Below, piece by piece: positions 13,010 to 23,559 of a stretch of 64,000 nt of DNA. Where the stretch lies: contig OZ024743.1 in the NCBI GenBank assembly GCA_964016885.1, positions 367,784,001-367,848,000 of the forward strand, given 5' to 3'. Under the pieces are notes generated by a model. The model ran no database searches. It had not been told where the DNA came from and was given only the letters and a program-made list of their open reading frames with translations. Made by a program: the position numbers and the translations under genes. Every line of letters begins with the position of its first letter. Position 1 is the stretch's first letter. The DNA is from Eledone cirrhosa. Taxonomy: Eukaryota.

Positions 13010-13189
13010 ATATATATACATATATATATTATATATATATATATATATACACACACACATATATATATATATGTTTGTACATATGCACACTTACATTTAA
13101 GTAGTCTGCTATGCTAGAGCAAGAAATGAGATTCTAATTTTGATTTCAATTTTTGACAAGGCCAGCTGTTAAATCGCTTGGTACAAATG

Positions 13190-13640
13190 AGGTAATCAGC
13201 CGTATACTTTAGAAAATACTATATATTTCCAACTGTTCAATCGAGTGTCAGAGAGATATACAGTCCTGATGAAGGGTAATGAACCTGAAATATGTTGATT
13301 GTTCCTCAATGCTACTGTTGAACAAACAGATGGTGATAGCCATCAGGGTACAGCATAGCCTAGTAAGGCTGTTTGCTTGCAAACAAATCGAATATTATTA
13401 TTGTGGATTGGCAGTATCGGTAGAGGGTCGGACGCCATGCTTTCCAGCATAGTTACGTCCCTTTACGATCTGAGTTCAAATCCCGCCGAGGTTGACTTTG
13501 CTTTTCATCCTTACAGGGTCGATAAAATAAAGTACCAGTAATGCACTGGGTAATTGCTGGCCTTGTGCCTAAAGTAGAAACAATTATTATCATAAAATAG
13601 AAACAATTATTATTATTCGATATAACTCATGCCTACATAT
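13190..13640 (+). mobile_element. Hammerhead-core short element interrupted by SINE S1
   Basis: acagtc-CTGATGA-agggtaatgaacct-GAAA-tatg-tt-gattgt at 13260-13302, outer stem tgttcaa/ttgaaca. It resumes after the SINE as in the 10036 copy. Confidence 0.6.
13403..13590 (+). mobile_element. SINE S1, full length
   Basis: A/B boxes, core and tail as at 4480; inserted in (TTA)n. Confidence 0.88.
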
Positions 13641-14089
13641 GTATATATATATATGTGTATGTGTGTATTCATATATATATAAATATATGTACATATGCAT
13701 ACTTCCATTTATATATATATATATATATAGTCAAAAGTAGAAGATATATGTATATATATATATAGAGAGAGAGAAAGAACCATATATCCAGAGATGACAC
13801 ACTATATTGTATATATACTAAATACATATTACAGAGAAGAACATGTATTCAAGATGGAATCAAAAGTGACCTTATGGTGCCATTTCATTAACTGTAAACA
13901 GTGATTTAAAATCGATCTATGTGAACGGTTATCGATCACAAATTATCGATTATAATTAAACCACAACTAACTCAGAAAACTCGTCAGGAGTATAGTCTTT
14001 AGCATTCTAATGAAAATATAGAAGCAAAAAAAGTAGTATATAGAGCAATATACTTGGAGATATCCAGGAAAAGTTTAACATGCTGCACC

Positions 14090-14223
<134 letters not shown>

Positions 14224-14300
14224 ATAATATCATAACATTATTAATATTCGGTTCGTTTTTCCAGAAAACGGCACGTGTTAGATGACAACATTATTTTTTT

Positions 14301-14398
14301 GTTCCAGTGGTAGCTGAGAGAAAACAATCGACAATTGTTTCAGAGTGTTTTGCTCCTCATCAAGATTGTGTATTCTCCTAGCTGCTACCCACTGGAAC
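14301..14398 (-). ncRNA. Hammerhead-like motif on a long stem
   Basis: Minus strand: caatc-TTGATGA-ggagcaaaacactct-GAAA-caattg-TC-gattg, outer stem gttccagtgg/ccactggaac. Confidence 0.6.
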
Positions 14399-15055
14399 TG
14401 CTGAGAATACATAGTATTCTAAAAAAAAAAAAAAAATATATATATATATAACGAAAAGTTTATATGGTTCGTTGATTATTCAATGAATTCATTTTTACAA
14501 CATATTAGAAGCACTCAACAAACTTATCTGGAGTATTCTTAATATTCAAAATATTAATAAATGAGAAATACTTTCACATAACCAAAGTATATATTAAGTA
14601 GCCACATTGCAGATTGTGCAGGAATGACTCTACCCAACTTTAAAATCTTCCCCCTTTACAAGTACTCCGATTCTTTCACTCAACAACAAAGAATAAATAG
14701 GGAAAAAACTATTTATTAACAAATTTAAACCAAAACTTAATAGGTAATCACCCTCATTAGTACCCCACCCCCACCCCACACACACACACCATAAAGGGAT
14801 CTGTGACAAACAGACTGAAAAACACACACACATACACCACAACCCCTTCCCACCCACACACATATGTACACTATTTTATATATGTGTGTGTGTGTGTGTG
14901 TGTATATGTATATATATATATATAAAAAAAAATAAATATATATATATATATAAAATGAGCGGAACAAGTAAATATTAAACAATCTTTTAAATAAATTAAA
15001 ATACGATTTAAATATTCATCTGTTGTAATGCTGTTACCGACGGTTTCGCTTATCA

Positions 15056-15927
15056 AAAGATTGGAAATTCAGAGAATTTCCAATGGAAAGATCAGCTCTT
15101 CAGACAGCTATTTCCATTCTATAGGGCATAAAGCCTCACAGTTTGTAAATATATCGCTTCCTGCCTGATGTATGAGGTTAGGCCGTTAAAGTGACCCACA
15201 CATAAACAGGCCGCAAGTAAAAGCGGGAATATTATAGATTCGTTGTCTTTCATGCCACTAAAAAAATAGTAGCACGATACAACATTTTTTTCTCTACACA
15301 GAGGGAGAATACACATAAAATGAGATAAATATTCCAACAGGAACTAAGTACCTACGGAAATATACATGGTATCTATAATAATTGTATGCACCACAAAATA
15401 AGACGAAAAAAATTACCCATTGCAGAAGCTACTGTTACTGATACCCTGGCCTTCTATAAAGAATTTAAAAAGAAAAAAATTTTTTCTGATGTTTAAATTT
15501 TTGGATTCTGAGTCTTTAACTTTTGACAATTTTCTGAATTTTGTAGAAAAAAATGTTACTTAATTCCCTGTGTCTGTATGTATTTATTTATATACACACT
15601 GTCAAAATAAGAGGAAAAAAGTTACTCATTGCAGAAGTTACTGCTACTGATACTCAGGCAGTTAAGGAAGTCCTTTAATTTTTTGGGGAAAAATTTTATT
15701 TTTTATTTTTTTTTATTTCTTTAATTTTTAAATTTTGATTCTGAGAATCCTTTGGATTTTAGTTTTTAATTTTTGACAATTTTCTGAATTCTGAAGAGAA
15801 AATTTTTTTTTCTTAATTCCCCTCCACAAAAGTTTCTGTGACAGACAGGCTGAAAAAGACACACAAAAACACACACAACAACCCCACACATATACACACA
15901 TGTCTTCTACTCAGAATTCAGCTCTAA
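15056..15927. mobile_element. Possible Helentron/HINE-like non-autonomous element with internal tandem repeats
   Basis: Hairpin attggaaattc-aga-gaatttccaat (15060-15084), two diverged ~200-bp units (about 15385-15590 and 15595-15820), and a (CA)-rich tract near the right end. Confidence 0.4.
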
Positions 15928-16289
15928 CTTACAATCCCCTATCCCCCTTTGAACTTTTGACCACTCAAAACAGGATATTTTTCAAAACAACTTCCTTCCT
16001 TGCAGAAAAACAAGTAAAGTTCTTATTCCACCCAACCTTTCAGCAAGCAGGATGGAAGAAAATTTATTCAAACATTTGATTTTGATTTTAATTTTAAACC
16101 TTTCGTTTTTAACTCCTATCAACTCTTTTTCATTTTTAATTTTTTACACTCAACATTTGACAAGATGGATTTTAATAACACATCGAAACCGATAATTTCC
16201 TCATATACCGTATATTTCTTCATATACATCATAAAACTTTTTTTAAAAAGAATTGTCTCTCTCATTTTTTAATAACATTATCTTTTTAT

Positions 16290-16596
16290 GCCGAGGTTAA
16301 CTTTGCCTTTCATCCTTACGGGGTCGATAAAATAAAGTACCAGTAATGTACTGGGTTATTGCTGGCCTTGTGCCTAAAATAGAAACAATTATCTTTTTAA
16401 TAACAGGCAGTAGATTGGCAGTATCGGTAGAGGGTCGGACGCCATGCTTTGCAGCAAAGAGTTACGGCCCTTGCCATTCTGAGTTCAAATCCCGCCGAGG
16501 TTAACTTTGCCTTTCATCCTTACGGGGTCGATAAAATAAAATACCAGTAATGTACTGGGTAATTGCTGGCCTTGTGCCAAAAGTAGAAACAATTAT
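16290..16596 (+). mobile_element. Two tandem SINE S1 copies (truncated 16290-16392; full 16410-16596)
   Basis: Both carry the core and tail. ttatctttttaataaca is duplicated around the second copy. Confidence 0.85.
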
Positions 16597-16698
16597 CTTT
16601 TTAATAACATTATCTTTTCAATAATGTTACTTTGACGAATCAAAAAAGAAAAACAAACCCTTAAATATATCTCCTGTGCTATTCCCAACTTCATCTTT

Positions 16699-16737
<39 letters not shown>

Positions 16738-19700
16738 CATCATCACCGTTTTACGTCCGTTCTTCCACGCTAGCATGGGTTAGACGGGTTGTCCTGTTGT
16801 GGGCAGTGTCTGGTCGGCTGACCATGCCTTGCTCATACAGGAACTGATCTGGCTTGATTTCTACAGCTGGATGCCCTTCCTAACACCAACCTCATTTACA
16901 GTGAGTGCTGGGTGCTTTTTCGTGGCGCCTACACGTCCACTTTACAGTGTGGGCTGGGTGCTTTTTTGCCGTGGCACCTCCACGGCCACCTTGCGGTGGA
17001 GGGGGGGGGGGCATATTGTTTATATGCTTCAGCATGTACCCATGGGAGGTCGGGTACCCTGTATTACTGCGTGACGCCAGAAGTCACGGTCGTGTGTCAT
17101 TGACTTTGAGAGGTGTAGTTGGGTAAGGTCGGCTTTTATCACCTCATCCCAAGTCATCTTGGGTCTCCCCACTCCGCGGTTTCCATCAACTTCTAGTACT
17201 CTGCACCTTTTTATGCAGCTGTCATCCTTCATACGCATCACATGTCCATACCAGCGTAACCGCCTCTCCTGCACGCAGCATTTGATTCCTCTTATGCTCA
17301 GTCTCTCTCTCAATTCCTTTATGCTTTGTCGTTCACGTATATTACTGTTACACATCCATCGGAGCATGCAGGCTTCGTTTCTCTCTAATCTACGTAAGTC
17401 TTCCACCTTCAGCGCCCAGGTCTCACTACCATGCAACATCGCTGTTCGGATACACGCATCATACAGTCTGCCTTTCATTCTGAGGGAGAAGCCTTTTGCA
17501 GCTAGCAGTGGTAGTAGTTCCCTAAACTTCTTCCATCCCGTTCTTACCCTAGTTATTGTACTTTCTGAGCACCCACCTCCGTTGCTAATTCGGTCACCCA
17601 GGTAGCAGAAGCTGTCTACTGTTTCTACAGGGCCCTCCCAGAGATTGGTGGTACTTGTTTCCTGTGGCTGTTTGCTTGCTGTTTCAGCACAGCTGCTGCA
17701 TGTGAATCCTACATTCTTAATTAAGCTTCCTGAGATCCCGCTACATCTCTTGTGTACCCATTGTTTGCATTTGGGGCAGAGAATGGAGTTTCTACCTACA
17801 CCTTTCCTACATACTGAGCAAGGCCATTTCCCTGAGGCGATCTGGGTTCTGTTTTCTCGTCTACTTACAAGGACCTTAGTCTTTGTCATGTTGACTTTGA
17901 GGCCCTTTCTCTCTAGTCCCTGCTTCCAGGTTTGGAATTTATTCTCTAGTTCTACCATAGATTCAGCTATGAGTGCGAGGTCATCAGCATACAGGAGTTC
18001 CCATGGGCATCCGGTCTTAAACTCCTCCGTTATTGCCTGCAGGACTATGATGAACAGGAGAGGGCTAAGAACAGAGCCCTGGTGGACCCCAACCTGTACG
18101 CTAAATTCCTCGCTATACTCATTGCCAATCCTAACTTTGCTGACTGCTCCCCTATACATGGCTTGTACCGCTTTCACAAGCCATTCATCTACTCCTAGTT
18201 TTCTAAGAGCCCACCAGATTACTGCACGTGGAACTCTGTCAAAGGCTTTCTCAAGGTCGACAAATGCCAAGTAGAGTGGCTTACTTTTAGCTAGGTACTT
18301 TTCCTGTAATTGCCTCACAAGGAAGAGGGCATCAGTGGTGCCTTTCCCTGGTACAAACCCAAATTGCATCTCGACTATATTCACCCGGTCCCTAATCAGC
18401 TGTGCTATAACTCTTTCTGTTACTTTCATGACCTGGTCCATCAACTTTATACCTCTATAGTTTCCTCTATCTAGTGCATCGCCTTTACCTTTGTAGCAGT
18501 TGACAATGATGCTACTGCACCAATCTTTTGGTATGGCCCCCTCTAGTATTACCTGGTTAACGATACGTGTGGTTATAGTGTGACCTACAGACCCAGATGC
18601 CTTCAGCATCTCGGCAGCTATACCCGATGGACCGGTTGCCTTCCCTATCTTCATATCTTTGATTGCCTTACTTACTACGCTGCCGCTGACTTGTACTGCT
18701 GGTCCCTCTATAGGGTCTACGTGGGGTAGGGTCTCTTCTTCCCATGCATTCTCCTCATTTAGTAATCTATCATAATGACTCTTCCATGCATCTTTCTTCT
18801 CAGCACTTGTGAGGGCAAGCTCACCTTTATCATTCCGGATACACTTCTCTCCAATGACATCACAACTATCTCTGACACACTGCCTCGCAATCTTGAATAC
18901 CTCCTGTTTCTGGTCCTCACGTTGTAAAACATGCTTGAATTTTCTATCCTCTGTTTCCCTCCTAGCTAAGTATACTTGTCGCCTAGCTTCCCTCTTGGTC
19001 TCTATGTAATGTACCCCGCTCCCCCCGTTCTTCCATTCTTTCCATGCCTGTCTCTTGGCCTTGACTGCTTCATCTACCTTATTGTTCCACCACCAAGTCA
19101 CTCTCCTCCTGCTTGAGGTCTTACTCCAGCCACAAACCTCATCCGTCGCCTCTAGTAAGTTATTTTTTAGGAACTCCCAGTTCTCTTCTACGTTAAATGT
19201 CTCTATCTGTTCTTCTTTACTGTCGTAGGCGTTGAGTAAAATATCTTTAAATCTGTTACTGGTTGAGGGGACTTTCAGCTTCCAGATCTTTCTTCTCCAG
19301 GTTGGCCTCTGTTTCAGGGCTCGTCTAGTTCTGACCGTGAGGTCGCTGACAACTAAGCTATGTTGGGATGTACATTCCTCACTAGGGAAGGCTTTTGTGT
19401 TTACGACCGTCCATCTGTCACGTCCTCTGATGAGGATAAAATCTAACTGACTAGAGTGCTCCCCTGATCTATAGGTGATCAGGTGGTTGTCGGGTTTTTT
19501 AAAGTTTGTGTTACATATCGACATGTCATTGGCGTCGCAGAATTCTAGAAGTCTGAATCCTTCCTCATTCCTTGTGCCAACTCCATGGCCTCCATGTACT
19601 CTATTGAAGCCGTCGCAGTGTTTACCTACGTGTCCGTTAAAATCTCCTGCAATGATTAGGAAGTCCTTGTCGTCTGTTAGAGCAGTAGTGTGTATTAGGG

Positions 19701-21004
19701 ACTCGTAAAACCTATCCTTAAGTTCGTCTGGCAGCCCCGATTGGGGTGCGTAAGCTGATATTATTGTGGTAATTGTCTTATTCAGGACTAGTCTAAGTTT
19801 AATGATTCTTGCATTTACCCTGTACACTGAGATTACTTTATCTACCCACTTGTCAGCTAATAGTATACCTACACCACCCATCCCATCGTCATTTCCCACC
19901 CAGAAAAATTTGTAGCACTGGCTTTTTCCTACAAGGACTCTAGCAGACCCTCCTCTCCATCTAGTCTCTTGCACACAGCATACATCAACTTCCTTTCGCT
20001 CTAGCATTTCTACGATTTCTCCTGCTCTTTCTTTCATTGAGCCTACATTGATGGTACCAACTCGGAGTTTTGGGCATTTGTCGACACTCGTAGGGGAGGG
20101 TCTCTGGGTTGGCGCTTCACGTGGGTGCTTGGTAGCTCGCAGATTCATATTTCATCTATTGATTCAGAGTTGCTCGTGTATTCCCAGCTCATCCATCCAT
20201 AACGGTGGGAAAATTGAGGGCTAGAAGAACAGTGGTGGTGGGGTAATGGCAGGGTGTGTTGGGATGCGCCAGAGGAGGAGAGAGTTAGTTAGGCAGGTAG
20301 TAGCAGCAGCAGTGGAAATGGCATGCTAGGTTTGATTGGTCGAATAGACTATGGTGGTGTGTGGGGTGGGGGGGGGGGGAAATTGTGAGGTAGGAACTGA
20401 GGGTCGCATGGTAAATATCCAAGTTAATACTACATCAGTAAAATTAACAATAATAACGTCATGAAAAAAAAAAAAAAACTACTAAGAGAAACCCTAGAAA
20501 ATTTATCGCTAATACAGCAGGGAAAATTTAACGCTAATACAGCAGGGAACATCATAATATTAACGACAATATGTAGGCTAAAATACCTTCGTAGATTAGA
20601 TGGATGGCTGGAATAATTGGAGTCAGCTCTAGTGATACATTTTAGCAGAGAAGAATGGGAAAGTATCTTATCTCTTCAATATTTTCAGATTGAATGAATT
20701 AGGTTAAAGACAGGGTAGTAAGCCTTAAAGAAGTGCATAGAGAGGGGGGGGGGTAGGAACTGAGGGTCGCATGGTAAATAACTGAGAGAGATACAATAGG
20801 ATTAGAATACCGCATGGTAAATATCCAAGTTAATAAGTTAATACTACATCAGTAAAATTAACAATAATAACGTCATGAAAAAAACTACTAAGAGAAACCC
20901 TAGAAAATTTATCGCTAATACAGCAGGGAAAATTTAACGCTAATACAGCAGGGAACATCATAATATTAACGACAATATGTAGGCTAAAATACCTTCGTAG
21001 ATTA

Positions 21005-21008
<4 letters not shown>
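16738..21008 (-). mobile_element. Full-length RTE-clade LINE (subfamily A)
   Basis: Intact ORF, ~290-bp 3' UTR ending in (ATG)n, and a 5' region with tandem repeats. Flanked by (TC)n(TA)n on one side and (TA)n(GA)n on the other. Confidence 0.93.
17029..20148 (-). CDS. RTE retrotransposon protein: AP endonuclease + reverse transcriptase with internal PHD-type finger, 1039 aa
   Basis: APE motifs GTINVG, CVQETRW, AYAPQ, GDFNGH, LDFIL and SQH. RT motifs GPSG, NYRGIKL, QFGF, DLEKAFD, GVHQGSVLSP, YADD and FCYLG. RTE-type LHGSETW and RRLRWYGHV. No internal stops. Confidence 0.95.
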   Translation of the reverse strand: MNLRATKHPREAPTQRPSPTSVDKCPKLRVGTINVGSMKERAGEIVEMLERKEVDVCCVQETRWRGGSARVLVGKSQCYKFFWVGNDDGMGGVGILLADKWVDKVISVYRVNARIIKLRLVLNKTITTIISAYAPQSGLPDELKDRFYESLIHTTALTDDKDFLIIAGDFNGHVGKHCDGFNRVHGGHGVGTRNEEGFRLLEFCDANDMSICNTNFKKPDNHLITYRSGEHSSQLDFILIRGRDRWTVVNTKAFPSEECTSQHSLVVSDLTVRTRRALKQRPTWRRKIWKLKVPSTSNRFKDILLNAYDSKEEQIETFNVEENWEFLKNNLLEATDEVCGWSKTSSRRRVTWWWNNKVDEAVKAKRQAWKEWKNGGSGVHYIETKREARRQVYLARRETEDRKFKHVLQREDQKQEVFKIARQCVRDSCDVIGEKCIRNDKGELALTSAEKKDAWKSHYDRLLNEENAWEEETLPHVDPIEGPAVQVSGSVVSKAIKDMKIGKATGPSGIAAEMLKASGSVGHTITTRIVNQVILEGAIPKDWCSSIIVNCYKGKGDALDRGNYRGIKLMDQVMKVTERVIAQLIRDRVNIVEMQFGFVPGKGTTDALFLVRQLQEKYLAKSKPLYLAFVDLEKAFDRVPRAVIWWALRKLGVDEWLVKAVQAMYRGAVSKVRIGNEYSEEFSVQVGVHQGSVLSPLLFIIVLQAITEEFKTGCPWELLYADDLALIAESMVELENKFQTWKQGLERKGLKVNMTKTKVLVSRRENRTQIASGKWPCSVCRKGVGRNSILCPKCKQWVHKRCSGISGSLIKNVGFTCSSCAETASKQPQETSTTNLWEGPVETVDSFCYLGDRISNGGGCSESTITRVRTGWKKFRELLPLLAAKGFSLRMKGRLYDACIRTAMLHGSETWALKVEDLRRLERNEACMLRWMCNSNIRERQSIKELRERLSIRGIKCCVQERRLRWYGHVMRMKDDSCIKRCRVLEVDGNRGVGRPKMTWDEVIKADLTQLHLSKSMTHDRDFWRHAVIQGTRPPMGTC

Positions 21009-21060
<52 letters not shown>

Positions 21061-22118
21061 AAGAGTCTGCGGTGCTGAGACCAAAGAGATCACTATTCAT
21101 GGGGAGATGTAGAGTGGGTATAGAGATATGTAAAATCCCAACCATGGTGCCAAGCAGTTTTGGCTTGTGTGTTCAGCAAGCCTTTTCAAGGGTGTAGCAA
21201 TATTTGTTGGGTACAAAAAAATATGCCACTGGTCTTGGTAGTGCTTTGGTTGAATTTATCATAGTAGTCAACTGGTCAGATGGAGGAAATGGGAGGTGGG
21301 GGACAGACAGTGGTAAGTTTATCTAGACAGGCAAGGGGTCAGGAGGTGTAGCAGTAATTTATTGCCCTTTTCTTTATTGCGTTCTCACTGATAAGTCACA
21401 CTCTGATTGGATTTTTGTGTCACCAATATGTCTGAGGGCCATCTGCTTATTCTCAGGTCTGAGAGACAGAAGAAGCGATATCCATAAAATAACCGGCTCT
21501 CAAAAGAGAGAGGTCAGATGGAGCATTTAATGCTAAGTCAGAACATGTAATCTATTGTTTACACAGTACAGACCCTTTGGCTCTTACTCTCTCTTGGTCT
21601 CTCTCACTTGACCAAACCAGTAAAGTTCAACACATCAATGAAGTTCTGGTAAATACAACTTTATCAATACTTTTATGAACAAACAAAAACACATACACAT
21701 CTTGACAAAGAAACGCCACACAATTCATCTGTATTTATTTACTCTTAATATATTTTCATATGGCTTTGACGTGTTATATGCTTAATAAATTAATAACATA
21801 GAGGCTTTTTGTTATTGAGGTCTTTTTATATTTTTCATCTCCTGCATGATCAAAGAACCATCATATCATCATCATCTTAATGAATACTTACTCACTTACT
21901 TAGACACACGCAATCAGTGGTCACATTGTCAACAGCGACCACACTACTCAGCAATTTACAAATGAGCACACATAACAGTAGACTGGAGATTTACAGAATG
22001 GTTTGCATGAAAATGCACGAATAAAAGAGTCAGATATTACTTTAATGGGAGGAGTGGGGGAAGTGAGAAATTAGATAGAAAATAAATGAGTAAGTAGAAA
22101 CACCAATAAATAAAAAAT

Positions 22119-23407
22119 CTGAACTAGTCACCAAATGTACGAACCACATACAAAAATCATACCTATGCCTCAAACATACAAACAACCCAGGAGGCTAGTG
22201 ACCGACACCTACCAAGTGCGGGTACCCAAACTACTTGGCATTTATGCCTGCACAGTGACATGTGGCTGGACTAAGCCCCACCCTACACACCTGCCCAAAC
22301 ACCCACATTTTCCTCAAGAACCGTCATGTAGAGACCACAGGCCCACACCCCTACACTCTCACACCCCACCTAATATATCTACCTATCACCAACATTGTAC
22401 CACCAACCTACCACTACTCATCAGCAAATTTACATTTTTCACTTCTCATGTGTATATGTGCAGATTGCACATAAAATTCATCAGACCCCAAGAGGCTCAC
22501 AACCACTGCTGGAACAGGAAACGTAGGGTTAAGTGGTATAACCCAACCCACAATGTGGAAGTGGCAACACCTCTTGTTCGGATCTTCTTCAGGATGATCA
22601 ATAGGCACTTCCCACCACAGCACTGGTATTTTCAATAAAAACACTGTAAAGCTATCCTACTCAACAACACCAAATATAGCACAAAGAACCACTGCATCTA
22701 TCAGGATCAGATCCCATAGTCCAACCAATCTGACCATAGAACAATACTGCAATTGCCAGCTCCAGGAGAAGTGCCCTCTGGACTCCAAATGTCTAACTAA
22801 CAATGTAGTATACAAATGCGAGGCCACCGCCAATACGCAGAGAAGGCTAACACCTTCAAATACTGATTCACACAGCAAAAATATTCCTTCCGACACCTAG
22901 AGCATAAGCACACAACAAGCCTCTCCAGCTACCACTGGTGGCTATACAATAAAGGGAATACCCTACCAACTATGCTGGACTACCATTACTAGGGCCTTAG
23001 CCTACTCAAGAGGAAGAGGCCTCTGTAATGTGTGCTCAGCCGAAACACTTTACATACTGCTCAACAAGGACACACTAATAAAAAAAAAACTGAACTAGTC
23101 ACTAAGTGTATGAGCCACATACAAAAATCATACCTATGCCTCAAACTAACAAACGACTCTGGAGGCTAGTGACCCATACCTACCAAGTGTAGGTACCCAA
23201 ACCACTCAGCATTTATGCCTGCGCAGCAACATGTACATGGACTAAGCCCCACCCTACACACACACCCAAGTACCCACACTTCCCCCAAGAAACCACTTGT
23301 AGAGACCCTGGGTCCACACCTTTCTCTCTCCCCCACACCTAATATACCCACCAACTTACCACTACTCACCTGTATGTTTACATTTTTTACTTCTCATTTG
23401 TATATGT
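22119..23407 (+). mobile_element. Decayed Penelope-like element C-terminus (GIY-YIG region) between duplicated 3' segments
   Basis: Fragments RKRRVKWYNP..INRHFPP, NTVKLSYS, CNCQLQEKCPLDSKCLTNNVVY, TSLSSYHW and CNVCSAE. 22119-22456 is a diverged copy of 23090-23407. Confidence 0.7.
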
Positions 23408-23559
23408 AGGGGAGTATATATATATATGTTTATATATATATATATATGTATACATATGTGTATATATATATGTGCATATATATATGTATATATATATGTG
23501 TGTATATATATATATGTGTATATATGTATGTATATACACATGTGTATATATATGTGTGT

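Noticed and set aside
13870-13995. Minus-strand CTGACGA...GAAA-tggcacca possible long hammerhead
   Set aside because: Stem I does not pair and the spacer is long; could be chance.
16860-17000. Spaced short repeats superficially like a CRISPR array
   Set aside because: Eukaryotic LINE 3' UTR subrepeats; no unique spacers or cas genes.
17159-19708. Plus-strand ORFs overlapping the RTE (also 23993-26927, 40216, 61807, 62476)
   Set aside because: Antisense shadows that recur only because the element is repeated; no motifs.
20150-20420. HDV-like ribozyme expected in some RTE 5' UTRs
   Set aside because: I could not identify the nested double pseudoknot by eye; needs a descriptor search.
21100-21450. 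Possible old LINE coding remnant
   Set aside because: No convincing motif recovered in any frame.
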